From Candidatus Hydrogenedentota bacterium (GTDB lineage: Bacteria; Hydrogenedentota; Hydrogenedentia; Hydrogenedentales; JAGMZX01): 64,000 bases of DNA. Of the stretch, positions 37,153 through 46,832 are shown in pieces (the stretch's first letter is position 1; each line of letters begins with the position of its first letter). The stretch covers positions 15,262-79,261 of the forward strand of contig JAKQEQ010000193.1 in NCBI GenBank assembly GCA_029556545.1, in the 5' to 3' direction. Under the pieces are notes generated by a model. That model was not told where the DNA came from and searched no databases. It saw only the letters and a list, made by a program, of their open reading frames with translations. Position numbers and translations under genes: made by a program.

Positions 37153-38745
37153 TTAACGATCGGGCGATGCCGCGGCGGCCACGTCGTCCGAATCCGGCTT
37201 TGTCGCGTCATTGATCACGGGCAGCAGGCGGCGGGGCAGCGGCCCGGCGCGGTCGCGAATGCGCAGATCGAATCCATGATCCGTGATTTCCCCAAGGCGG
37301 ACTTCCACCGCCGCCCGCGCCGGCCAGGTCTGTTCCGGCGTGTAGGGCCACGGAGCGACGGCGACGGGGCGCGCCCCATCCACGCGAATCACGCCTTCCT
37401 CCGGCTCCCAGGCCGCCACGGTAATGTGCGCTTTCTTGCGTCCCACGTAGTGCATCGGCAACAACGACACGTGCGGTACGCGGCGGCTGAACGGCGTGTC
37501 GTGGGCGATGGACTCGGAAAGCATCATCGGCGCGCCGCGAAAGCATTGGAAGTCCGGCAGCACGCCCAGGACCTCGTTCGGATGCGCGGTCGCGAAGGCG
37601 GTCGCCTGCTGCCGGAAGCGGGCCGCTTCGCGCGCCGCGTGCCGCCAGGACATGATCGCGCCCCATTGCAGCAGGAACAGGAGCACGCAAAGGGCGGTCG
37701 TCAACAGCACCATCGGCTTCGGCCACTTGGGATGCCGCATGATCCGTTCGCACAGCGCCGCCGCGCCCACCGCGAAGAATCCCAGCGGCAGCAGCAGCGC
37801 GCCGCCGCCGGTCATATGCACGGGGTCGATGAACCCGCGGTCCTGCCCCGCACGGACAAGAACCATCGAGATCAGCGCGAAGGTGAACGCCGGCAGGCGC
37901 ACACGCCGTTCCAGGAACACCAACGCGGCAATGGCCAACGCAGCGGCGCCGTAGGCGAGAAGGGGATGGGCAACGAATCGGCCCGCCGTCTCGGGCAGGA
38001 GGCCGATAGGGTAGAAGAGCAAGCCCAACGGCGCGAACAACCGCAGGGGGGCCGGGACTTCCGGCGGCGACGCGATACCGTGCGCGACAAACGCCGCCAG
38101 AGCGATGGCCGTGAACGGCGCGAGCCGCGCCGGCGAACGCCGGTCCCGCTTCTTCAGCAGGAACTCATGGCAGATAAGCGGCGCGATGAGCAACAGGTTG
38201 CCGCGAAACGGCAGGACGGCGCAGGCGAACACCGCCAATGCGGAAACATATGCTCGTGACGCCGCCGCCCCGTGCCCGCCGCGCGCGCCCCGGGCCGACC
38301 GCACGTACATCGCTGTCGCGCTTAGCCCGAGGAACGCGGGCAACAGGTCCGCCGCGCCGGTCAGGTGCAGCGTGGCTTCGCTCTTTGCCGGGTGCGCCAT
38401 GAAGATCACCGCCGCCAGCGACCCCAACCAGACCGGTCCGCCGACAATCCAGCGCGTGAGAAAGAACACCGCGACCATGCAGCCGTAGAGCAAAGCGAGA
38501 TTCACCGCGTGATACGGCGCGGCCATGTCGAAGAACAGCCACCGCTCGGCGGAAATCGCCGCGCGTAGCGGCCAACCCAAGGTACCCGGATCGGCCAACA
38601 GCGCGAAATCCCGCCCGAGCGGTCCTACGCCGATTCCCCATGCGTGAACCAGCAGCAGATAGAAGAAGTCCGCGATGAGGAAATAGCGGACCAGATTGCG
38701 CGGCCTGACCGCGCGCGCCGATTGCAGGGATTCCGGACTCAGCAT
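37153..38745 (-). CDS. multi-TM membrane protein, GT-C-like
   Basis: About 10 TM helices, with YHAVNLAL and FMAHPAKSEA motifs. Confidence 0.65.
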   Translation of the reverse strand: MLSPESLQSARAVRPRNLVRYFLIADFFYLLLVHAWGIGVGPLGRDFALLADPGTLGWPLRAAISAERWLFFDMAAPYHAVNLALLYGCMVAVFFLTRWIVGGPVWLGSLAAVIFMAHPAKSEATLHLTGAADLLPAFLGLSATAMYVRSARGARGGHGAAASRAYVSALAVFACAVLPFRGNLLLIAPLICHEFLLKKRDRRSPARLAPFTAIALAAFVAHGIASPPEVPAPLRLFAPLGLLFYPIGLLPETAGRFVAHPLLAYGAAALAIAALVFLERRVRLPAFTFALISMVLVRAGQDRGFIDPVHMTGGGALLLPLGFFAVGAAALCERIMRHPKWPKPMVLLTTALCVLLFLLQWGAIMSWRHAAREAARFRQQATAFATAHPNEVLGVLPDFQCFRGAPMMLSESIAHDTPFSRRVPHVSLLPMHYVGRKKAHITVAAWEPEEGVIRVDGARPVAVAPWPYTPEQTWPARAAVEVRLGEITDHGFDLRIRDRAGPLPRRLLPVINDATKPDSDDVAAAASPDR

Positions 38746-38879
38746 GACGCCGCAGTCTAGTCGCGCGGGCGGCGACGCGCAACATTGTCGCGCGCGATCG
38801 AGGGACGGGTCCGATTGGCGGAGCGTTTGCGGGTATAATCCGCGCGACGACACGTCAACCGGAATAAGGAGACGCTTGC

Positions 38880-40202
38880 ATGGGAATCGCCGCGGATATT
38901 CGGAGGTTGGTGGACCGCACGCCGTTCGTGGACACCCACGAGCACTTGTGGGAGGAATCCGTGCGCTTGCGGGCCCTTGATCTTGAGGACGAAAGCAAGA
39001 TGCCCGCGCCGGACATCGGCATGTTGTTCAGTCATTACACCGATTCGGACCTGAAAGTCGCGGGTATGCCGGGCGACGCGCTGGCCGTCGCGTTTCGCTG
39101 GGACATCGCGCCGCGGGACAAGTGGAAGGCCCTCGAACCGTATTATCGCCGGACCCACAATACCGGGTACATGATGAATGTCCGCGAATCGCTCCGGCTG
39201 CTTTATGACGAGGACGACCTGCGCGCGGACAACGTCGAGCGCATCTCGGCGAAGATGCGCGCCGCCGTGCAGCCCGGTTTCTATCGCGTCGTCCTGCGCG
39301 ACTTCGCGAACATCGAATATGCGCAGGTGAACTGCATCGAGGGCCCCATCTTCGGCGAGACCGCGCAGCCCGACCTGCTCGCGCAGGACCTCAGTTTCGC
39401 CGCGTTGAGCGCGGCGGGCGACCGCGATCGGCTCGCGGCGGAGGCCGGCGTGACCCTGAAGGGCCTGAAAGACTGGCACGCCGTCATCGACTGGGCCTTC
39501 GAGACCTACGGCCCGCGCGCCATCGCGGTCAAAAGCCAGAACGCTTACGCGCGCGGCCTGGACTATGCCCGCGTCGCGGCGGAGGAAGCCGCGCCGTACT
39601 TCGAGAAGATGCTGCGGGACAGGGGCGCGCTCGAGGCCGCCGAGCGCAAGGCCGTCGAGGACCACCTGTTCCACTATTGCGTTCACAAGGCGACGGAATA
39701 CGATCTGCCGGTCAAACTGCACACCGGCTACTACGCCGGGCACAACTCGATTCCCCTCGGGCGGCTTCAGGGCAACCCCGCCGAAATGTGCGAGTTGTGC
39801 CGTGCGCATCCCGACGCGCGCTTCGTCTTCATGCACATCACGTACCCCTACCACGACCACATCATCGCCGCCGCCAAACACTGGCCCAACGCCTACATCG
39901 ACATGTGCTGGGCGTGGATCATCAACCCGATGGCCTGCGTTCGGTTCGTGAAGGAGTTCCTCGGCGCGGCCCCCGCCTGCAAACTCCTCACCTTCGGCGG
40001 TGACTACCGCCCTGTCGAGATGGTCCCCGGCCATGCCGCCGTCGCGCGCCGCGGCCTCGCGCAGGCGCTCTCGGAACTCGTCGAGGAACGCTGGCTCCGT
40101 GAAGCCGAACTCGAAGCACTGACGGACTGCCTCATGCGCGGCAACGCCCACGAGCTATTCGACCTCGAACGGACGTTGAAGAATTGGAATAAGGTGCAAT
40201 AG
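38880..40202 (+). CDS. amidohydrolase family protein (Amidohydro_2 / uronate-isomerase-like)
   Basis: Motifs VDTHEHL, VKLHTG, FVFMH, FGGD. Confidence 0.88.
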   Translation: MGIAADIRRLVDRTPFVDTHEHLWEESVRLRALDLEDESKMPAPDIGMLFSHYTDSDLKVAGMPGDALAVAFRWDIAPRDKWKALEPYYRRTHNTGYMMNVRESLRLLYDEDDLRADNVERISAKMRAAVQPGFYRVVLRDFANIEYAQVNCIEGPIFGETAQPDLLAQDLSFAALSAAGDRDRLAAEAGVTLKGLKDWHAVIDWAFETYGPRAIAVKSQNAYARGLDYARVAAEEAAPYFEKMLRDRGALEAAERKAVEDHLFHYCVHKATEYDLPVKLHTGYYAGHNSIPLGRLQGNPAEMCELCRAHPDARFVFMHITYPYHDHIIAAAKHWPNAYIDMCWAWIINPMACVRFVKEFLGAAPACKLLTFGGDYRPVEMVPGHAAVARRGLAQALSELVEERWLREAELEALTDCLMRGNAHELFDLERTLKNWNKVQ

Positions 40203-40339
40203 TCGTTCATGCATGATGAGTACCGGACGTGGCACGGCAAAGACTCTCGTTATGGAGTGGCTGGAGCCTCATAATCACGAATGACGCGGACGACACGAGT
40301 GCGACCGTGTCGTGAAGCGAATCCGTCTTGTGCCGGTTG

Positions 40340-40420
40340 GGTCCCTATCGGTCCCATCGGTCCTGTCGGTCCTATCGGTCCGATCAGGTCCCTTTGGTCG
40401 CTTTGGTCCTCTTGGCCCCC
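40340..40420. repeat. degenerate 9-mer tandem repeat (GGTCCyATC)n
   Basis: Units GGTCCCATC, GGTCCTGTC, GGTCCTATC, GGTCCGATC, GGTCCCTTT, GGTCGCTTT, GGTCCTCTT, between convergent genes. Confidence 0.8.
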
Positions 40421-40452
40421 CTTGTGTCGCTTGCTGCGCTCGCCGATGCAAG

Positions 40453-41664
40453 TCAGACCTTGGTTGCCGCCAAAGGCCGCGCGGTGCGCTCCAGCACGCG
40501 CAGAACGTGGACCGACTTCTCCTCGATGCGCCGCTCCCAGGAATTCGCGCGCGCCACGGCCTGGCGCGCCCCGATGCGCGCCGGGTCCCTTTCCGCGAGT
40601 GCGTCCTCGATGCGGTCGAGGAATGCCGGATGCGACTCCGCGATGTACACCACGTCCCGGTACTGGACCACAGCGGGCAGGGCCGCGCTGACGACGGGCT
40701 TGCCGGCGGCGAGGTATTCCTGGAGTTTGAGCGGGTAGATATAGCGGGTGGCTTCGTTGGTCTTGTAGGGAATTAGCGTCACGTCCATGCCTTTGAGATA
40801 GGCGGGCAGCGCCTCGATGGGGCGATTGCCGAGCAGATGGACGTTCGCGACGTTCTTCAGCGGTGTGAGGTCCATATCGGCTCGCGCGGGCCCGACCAGC
40901 ACCAGGGACCAGTCCGGACGTTGCCCGGCGAGAAACAAGATAAGGTCCGCGTCAAACCGCGCGGGGTCGATAACCCCGACCGCGCCGATGACGGGGCGCG
41001 GCAACCGCGCGATGTCCTCGGGCACGACGGTTTCCGGCGCGGCGGCGGCGGCGAAATGGTCGTAGTCCGCGCCGTGATGCACGACATGTAGGTCGGCGTT
41101 CGTTCCGTCGCGGAGCGCCTTGCCCGTCTCGGTGCCGACAAAGACGAGGTCCGCGTCACGGCAGAGGGCCGCATCTATCCATTGGATAACGCGCTTCCCG
41201 GACGGGTCCGGCACATAGTTGTCCCATTCGTCGCAGATGTCGTAGATGGTGAGACTTCGCGGAATGGACGGGACGGCCCCGCCGTGGAGGGGCGAGAAGT
41301 TCCAGAGAACGGGATCACGCATGCCCAATCGCGCCAGTTGCCGACGCACCAGCGCCGCCAAGATGCGCCCGTTCAGCATGAGTGACGCCCGCGCCGCCGC
41401 GAACGGCAGGCGGCCCACCGGCGCGAACACCCGCGGCGGATGATACACGAACAGACGCTCGCGCACTTCCTGGACCGGCGGCCCGTCCCACTGCCCCGCG
41501 CCTTGGGGGTCGGGCGCGCGGAACCGATAAAGGAACGATCGAGGCACGTCCACGTAGAGCACGCGATTCCGCGGGGCCAGTCGCGCGGCGATCTGCTGCG
41601 GCGTGCTCCAACTCGCGCGCCAATCGGCATACGTGTAGATCAGGATGTCGCATCCTTCGAGCAT
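40453..41664 (-). CDS. glycosyltransferase family 4 (TuaH-like)
   Basis: Motifs IYDICDEW, HGADYDHF, PLKLQEYLAAGKPVVS. Confidence 0.92.
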   Translation of the reverse strand: MLEGCDILIYTYADWRASWSTPQQIAARLAPRNRVLYVDVPRSFLYRFRAPDPQGAGQWDGPPVQEVRERLFVYHPPRVFAPVGRLPFAAARASLMLNGRILAALVRRQLARLGMRDPVLWNFSPLHGGAVPSIPRSLTIYDICDEWDNYVPDPSGKRVIQWIDAALCRDADLVFVGTETGKALRDGTNADLHVVHHGADYDHFAAAAAPETVVPEDIARLPRPVIGAVGVIDPARFDADLILFLAGQRPDWSLVLVGPARADMDLTPLKNVANVHLLGNRPIEALPAYLKGMDVTLIPYKTNEATRYIYPLKLQEYLAAGKPVVSAALPAVVQYRDVVYIAESHPAFLDRIEDALAERDPARIGARQAVARANSWERRIEEKSVHVLRVLERTARPLAATKV

Positions 41665-41917
41665 GGGCCGGCGTATCCTTGGACGTTGCGGTTTCGTATC
41701 GTAGCGCCTCGCGGCGCGGCCCGCAAGACGGCGTCGGTGTCGCCCGAGAACGCGCGTTTCGACGTAAGGGCCGCGAAGTAGGCCGCGGAGCCGGGTTGAA
41801 ATTGCGGAACCGGGCACGGGATACTCGGGCGAACCGCTTGGCGGCTATTGGCCGCCGTCAATCGACGTCGCGCCTTAACGGCGCAGCGGTTCGCAACTGT
41901 GGGGTCTTTCTTGGCCT

Positions 41918-44602
41918 ATGACTCGGCGCATCGAGAACCCTGACCGCGCGCGGAAACCGCTGACGCTCGGGATCCGCGCGGCGTTGCTCCTGTCCCTGGC
42001 CGCATTGGTGGCGCTAATGACCGCGGGCGCGCTGGTCGTGGGCTACGTCGAGCGGCATCTCGCGGTCGAGGAGTGCGCCGACGCCGTCGTGCGCGGCGGA
42101 TTGGACCGCATGGAGGCGGAACTCGACGGGCTGCTCGGTCCCGTCTACGACCGCGTCCACACAGTTCGGGACTGGACCATGCGCCGCACGTTGCCGCTGC
42201 GGGACCCGACCGCGATGTTTCACACATTGCAGCCGCTTATCGAGAGCACGCCCATTGTGCGCGGTGTCATGTTCTACTCGAATGAGGCCTCGTTCTCCTT
42301 GCGCCGCGACGACGGCGGCTGGGTTTCCCGCGCGCGGCGCCTCGACGAAGACCTCGATGTCGCCGTCGCGTATTGGGACGACCGCGGCAATCTGATCCGC
42401 GAGGAACACGAGGCGCCCTCGTCCGCGCCGCCCACGGGCGAGCCCCTGTTTCGCGAGGCGCTTGTCCGCTGCCGGGCGCGCGGCGACCAGGACGGCGCCG
42501 GGCGCGTGGACATCTGCTGGGAATTGCCCGGCGCGGAAGGCCCCGACGCCGCCTTGCGTCTTGCGTTCGCCGTCGGACCGGGGCCGCGCGAGACCGCGGT
42601 CTCCTTTGAACTGGACTTGGCCCGGTTTGCTGAGGCGATCGTCGGGATTCATCCGACCCCCGCCGGTTACGCGGTTGCGTTGCACGAATCCGGTCGTGTG
42701 CTCGGTTTGACGGGGTGGCGGTACGCCGCGGCCACGGCGTGTCCGGTCTTGGAGGAGATCGCACCGTCGGGAATCGGGCGTGCTTACGCGTACTGGGCCT
42801 CCGACGTGAATCAGGGCACGCGCCCGTTCGCTACGGACGCCGCCGACACCACGTGGTGGTGCGCGTTTCGGCGGATGTCATCGCGAAAGGACGCGCCCTT
42901 CGTGTTCGGCGTGGCCGCGCCCCAGCCCGACCTACTGTTCGCGGCGCGACAAGGGCGCGACTACCTGTTGCTGGTCGGCCTGTGGGGTATGGTGGCCGCG
43001 GGCGCGCTGGCGTTCGTTCTTGCCGCCGCCGTGCGTCGACCGGTCCGCCGCTTTGTCGAGCACGTCCAACGCTACGACGCGCTCGAACCCGCCGATAACT
43101 ACTGGCCGCGAAGCCGCGTCACGGAAGTGCGCTCCTTGACCGACGCGCTCGACGAATTGTGCCGCCAGGCGGCCGCGCGCGCGCCCGCCGCCGCGGTTTC
43201 CAGAACGACGGACGTCATACCCGACGCGCAACTCCAGGCGCTCTTCACCGCGCGGAAACAGATGCGCGATGCGCGGGCGCGCCTCGAGGACCTGCGGGCG
43301 CGGCTGCGCGGACAGGAGGCCGCCGACGCCGAGACCGCGCGCCGGGCACGGGAGCAACGCGCACTGTTGCGCGACCTGGTATGTTCGCCCGACATCTGCG
43401 AGGACGACCCGCGAAAAGCGGCGGCTTTGCTCGCGGAGGCCGCCGCGCGGAGCCTCGATGTCGCGCGGGCCGCCGTATGGAGGTTGGATGACGACGGCGT
43501 GCTGACCTGTCTGGACCGTTACGACGCCTCCGCGCAGGCGCATGCCGCGGGCATGTTGTTCTCCCGCGCCGAGTTCCCCGAGCTTTTCGACGCCGTCGGA
43601 GGAAACCCCGCGTTTGCGATCCCGGACGTGAACGGGGATCGTTGGACGCGGCGGCTCGCGGCTGCGATCGGCGGCGCGCCCGCCGCGACCGCGATCATCG
43701 CGTGCGCCATCCGCGAAGACGCGCGCATAGTGGCGCTCCTGCTGTGCGAGCACACCGGCGGCCCCCGCGAATGGACCGAGGACGAGAAGGACCAGGCGAT
43801 TATTCTTGCGCATGTCCTTGCCCCGGCGCGGATCGGCGGCCTGAGCGCCGCGTCGCCGACGCGCGATACGCTCGTAGCGGCGGCGGGAGCCCAGCTCGAC
43901 GCCGCGCCCGTCGTGCTCTGGACAACGGACGCGATAGGGTGCGTCACGTATGTAAGCGGCGCCATCGAGCGCCTTTACGGGTATGCGCGGGAGGAACTGC
44001 TGGGGCGGCCCTTCGCAATGCTCAGCGCGGAAGACGACGGCGCGGCGCGCCTCGAAGTGGTGGCCGATGAAACGGATGACGCGGCGCTGCGGTCGTATGT
44101 GAGTACGCACCGCCGCAAGAACGGCGAAACGATGGACGTGCGGGTCGCGTCCGCGCCGCTGCGCAATCCGGAAGGGGCGTGCGTCGGCAGGGTGGGCGTT
44201 ATCGAAGCGGTGGACGAGGCCGCGCGCCTGGCCGAGGTGGGGCATCTGTTGCGCTTCCTCGCCGCGCGGGACGAACACCTGCTCCTGGCCGTGGACCGGT
44301 CCGGGCGCGTGCTCTGGCTGACGCTGTCGCCGTCCCTCGAAGACCGCCTCGAGGTCGACTTGCGCGAGGCCGCCGGCTCGAGTTTCCATGACCTGCTCCG
44401 GTCCTGGCGCGCGGCGGAACAGCAGGAGACCTTCTTCGAGACCTTGCGAACCTGCGCCGTGCGCGACGCGGTGTTCGCGGCGCAGTTTCCCGGCGGAAGC
44501 TACGAATTCGAGGCGACATTTATCCCGTTGCCGGAACGGGGCGAAGTCGCCCGCGTGTTGGTGTGCATGCGTGATGTTACGCTCGGCGGCGCCCGCACGT
44601 AG
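41918..44602 (+). CDS. membrane sensor (Cache-HAMP-GAF-PAS-PAS) with no recognisable output domain
   Basis: Two TMs flank a periplasmic domain. GAF (CEHTGGPREWTEDE), PAS (YGYAREELLGRPF), and an end at RDVT. Confidence 0.75.
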   Translation: MTRRIENPDRARKPLTLGIRAALLLSLAALVALMTAGALVVGYVERHLAVEECADAVVRGGLDRMEAELDGLLGPVYDRVHTVRDWTMRRTLPLRDPTAMFHTLQPLIESTPIVRGVMFYSNEASFSLRRDDGGWVSRARRLDEDLDVAVAYWDDRGNLIREEHEAPSSAPPTGEPLFREALVRCRARGDQDGAGRVDICWELPGAEGPDAALRLAFAVGPGPRETAVSFELDLARFAEAIVGIHPTPAGYAVALHESGRVLGLTGWRYAAATACPVLEEIAPSGIGRAYAYWASDVNQGTRPFATDAADTTWWCAFRRMSSRKDAPFVFGVAAPQPDLLFAARQGRDYLLLVGLWGMVAAGALAFVLAAAVRRPVRRFVEHVQRYDALEPADNYWPRSRVTEVRSLTDALDELCRQAAARAPAAAVSRTTDVIPDAQLQALFTARKQMRDARARLEDLRARLRGQEAADAETARRAREQRALLRDLVCSPDICEDDPRKAAALLAEAAARSLDVARAAVWRLDDDGVLTCLDRYDASAQAHAAGMLFSRAEFPELFDAVGGNPAFAIPDVNGDRWTRRLAAAIGGAPAATAIIACAIREDARIVALLLCEHTGGPREWTEDEKDQAIILAHVLAPARIGGLSAASPTRDTLVAAAGAQLDAAPVVLWTTDAIGCVTYVSGAIERLYGYAREELLGRPFAMLSAEDDGAARLEVVADETDDAALRSYVSTHRRKNGETMDVRVASAPLRNPEGACVGRVGVIEAVDEAARLAEVGHLLRFLAARDEHLLLAVDRSGRVLWLTLSPSLEDRLEVDLREAAGSSFHDLLRSWRAAEQQETFFETLRTCAVRDAVFAAQFPGGSYEFEATFIPLPERGEVARVLVCMRDVTLGGART

Positions 44603-44660
44603 GAGCGGGCTCGTGCGTCCGCGCGATACATTGCCGCGACCGGGCAAGAAAGGAGTTGTG

Positions 44661-46799
44661 ATGCTTTATCGGATGCCACACTGTGCCATCCTGTTGGGAA
44701 TTCTCCCGGCGATGCTGTGGACTGTGAGCGCTTGGGCCGAGTCGGCGCCCCATCGTATCGGGCGCTTTCCCCAGGAAATTGCGCATCATTACACTGCTGA
44801 CAACGGCCTGCCCTCGGACGACGTGACGTGCGTGTGGATCGACGGCGGCGGCAGGGTGCTGGCCTTGGCGGGGGGGCAAGTCGTCGTATTCGACGGCGCG
44901 GCGTGGGTCGCCTTGGATGCGCCCACGGTGCCCCCGGCGCCGCAGCCGCGCGCCGCGACGTATCCCGGCAAGCCCACGGCCTACGCGACGCGCGAGGGAC
45001 TGCTCCTCGAGGCGGCCACCGGCGCGCGGACGCCCCTCGATATTCACGACGGGCTGGGCCGCCGCTGGGCCGCGTCGGACGTGCGCGGCGTCGCCTATGA
45101 CCCCGAAGGCCGCCTGTGGTTCGCCACGCTTGCCGGCGCGGGCCATCAAACAACGGAAGGTTGGAAATTCTTCACGGGTCAGGAGGGGCTTCCCTACAAC
45201 GACTTTACCTGCGTCGTGGCCGTGCCGGACGGCGAGATGTGGTTCGGCACGACGAAGGGCGCCATACGTTACGACGGCAAGGAATGGGCCTATCGGCAGG
45301 GGCTGCGCTGGCTGCCCGACGACCACGTGCGCGACATCGCCGTGGACGGCGACGGGAACGTCTGGTTCGCGACGCCGCGCGGCATCGGCCGTATCGAGCG
45401 GCGCATGATGACCCTCGCGGAGAAGGCGGCGCACTACGAAGACGAAATGGACCTGATCCGCCGCACGCCCTTCGGGTACGTCTCGGAAGTCCACCTGAAA
45501 GCGCCCGGCGACAGAAGCGAAATCATCCGCAGCGACAGCGACAACGACGGTCTCTGGACCAGCATGTACGGCGCGGGCGAATGCTTCGCCTACGCGGCCA
45601 CGGGCGACCCGAAGGCGAAAGACCGCGCGAAGCGCGCCTTCGAGGCGCTGCGCTTCTTGCAGAAGGTCACCCAGGGCGCGGAACACAGCCCGCCCCACGG
45701 CTACGTTGCGCGCACCATCCTGCCCACGGACGGCCCCGACCCGAACGTCGGGCGTATCGAGCGGGACCTCGAACATCGCGAGAAGAATGACTCGCTGTGG
45801 AAGATTTACGAGCCGCGCTGGCCCAAGAGCGCCGACGGCCAATGGTATTTCAAGACCGACACCAGTTCCGACGAACTGGACGGGCATTATTTCTTCTATC
45901 CGCTCTATTACGACCTCGTCGCCGACACGGAGGAGGAGAAGGATCGCGTCCGCGAGGTCGTGCGCGATCTTACCAACCATCTCGTCGAACACGGGTTCTA
46001 TCTCGTCGACCATGACGGGACCCCGACACGCTGGGCCGTGTACGGGCCGGCCTCACTCAATAACGATCCCATGTGGTTCCCCGAGCGCGGCCTGAACTCA
46101 TTGAGCATTCTCTCCTACCTCGCCGTCGCCTCGCACGTGACCGGCGACCCGAAATATGACGCGGCCGCGCGCGAACTCATCGACAAGCACGGGTACGCGC
46201 ACAACCTCATGTTCCCGAAGCTCCAATTCGGCGTGGGTTCCGGCAACCAGTCGGACGACGAGATGGCCGTCATGAGTTACTACAGCCTTCTCAAGTGCAC
46301 GAAGGACGAAAAACTCCGCGATCAGGCCCTCGCGTCATTCTACATGTATTGGATTCTTGAACAGCCAGAAATGAACCCCCTTTTCAATTTCGCCTACGCC
46401 GCCCACGGCATCGGCGCGAAGGTCACCGACCCCTACGGCACGTACGGGATTGCGCCATGGCGGGGCTGGATCGAGGACACCGTCGCGACGCTCAAGGGGT
46501 TTTCGCTCGACCGCTGCAACTGGGGCCATCTCAACAGCCACCGCATTGACATCGTGCGTCTGCCCCGGCAACAGGCCTCCGAGCCCACGGTGCCCATGCG
46601 CCGCGACCGCGGCCATCGCGTCAACGGCAAGGTCCTCCCCGTCGAGAACCGCCACTTCGGCCACTGGAACACCGACCCCTGGCAACTCGATTACGGCGGC
46701 GACGGCCGCGAACTGGCAAATGGAACGGTCTTCCTCTTGCCCTACTACATGGGGCTTTATCACGGGTTTATCGAGGAAATCCCCGAAGCCCCGGAGTGA
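44661..46799 (+). CDS. secreted protein with sensor-type beta-propeller repeats and an (alpha/alpha) barrel domain
   Basis: Signal peptide, repeats GLPSDDV/GLPYNDF/WLPDDHV-WFAT, and acidic motifs SDNDGLWT and TSSDELDG. Confidence 0.7.
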   Translation: MLYRMPHCAILLGILPAMLWTVSAWAESAPHRIGRFPQEIAHHYTADNGLPSDDVTCVWIDGGGRVLALAGGQVVVFDGAAWVALDAPTVPPAPQPRAATYPGKPTAYATREGLLLEAATGARTPLDIHDGLGRRWAASDVRGVAYDPEGRLWFATLAGAGHQTTEGWKFFTGQEGLPYNDFTCVVAVPDGEMWFGTTKGAIRYDGKEWAYRQGLRWLPDDHVRDIAVDGDGNVWFATPRGIGRIERRMMTLAEKAAHYEDEMDLIRRTPFGYVSEVHLKAPGDRSEIIRSDSDNDGLWTSMYGAGECFAYAATGDPKAKDRAKRAFEALRFLQKVTQGAEHSPPHGYVARTILPTDGPDPNVGRIERDLEHREKNDSLWKIYEPRWPKSADGQWYFKTDTSSDELDGHYFFYPLYYDLVADTEEEKDRVREVVRDLTNHLVEHGFYLVDHDGTPTRWAVYGPASLNNDPMWFPERGLNSLSILSYLAVASHVTGDPKYDAAARELIDKHGYAHNLMFPKLQFGVGSGNQSDDEMAVMSYYSLLKCTKDEKLRDQALASFYMYWILEQPEMNPLFNFAYAAHGIGAKVTDPYGTYGIAPWRGWIEDTVATLKGFSLDRCNWGHLNSHRIDIVRLPRQQASEPTVPMRRDRGHRVNGKVLPVENRHFGHWNTDPWQLDYGGDGRELANGTVFLLPYYMGLYHGFIEEIPEAPE

Positions 46800-46832
46800 C
46801 CATGTCGGAATTCCGGCGGGTTCATCGGTCTA

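Noticed and set aside
40281..40691. Collagen-like GPIGPVGPIGPI peptide
   Set aside because: It is a translation of the intergenic 9-mer repeat. The ORF overlaps the glycosyltransferase antisense and lacks other coding signals.
41800..41818. AATTGCGGAAC match to the MITE TIR
   Set aside because: Only about 11 bp match, with no partner end or target duplication.
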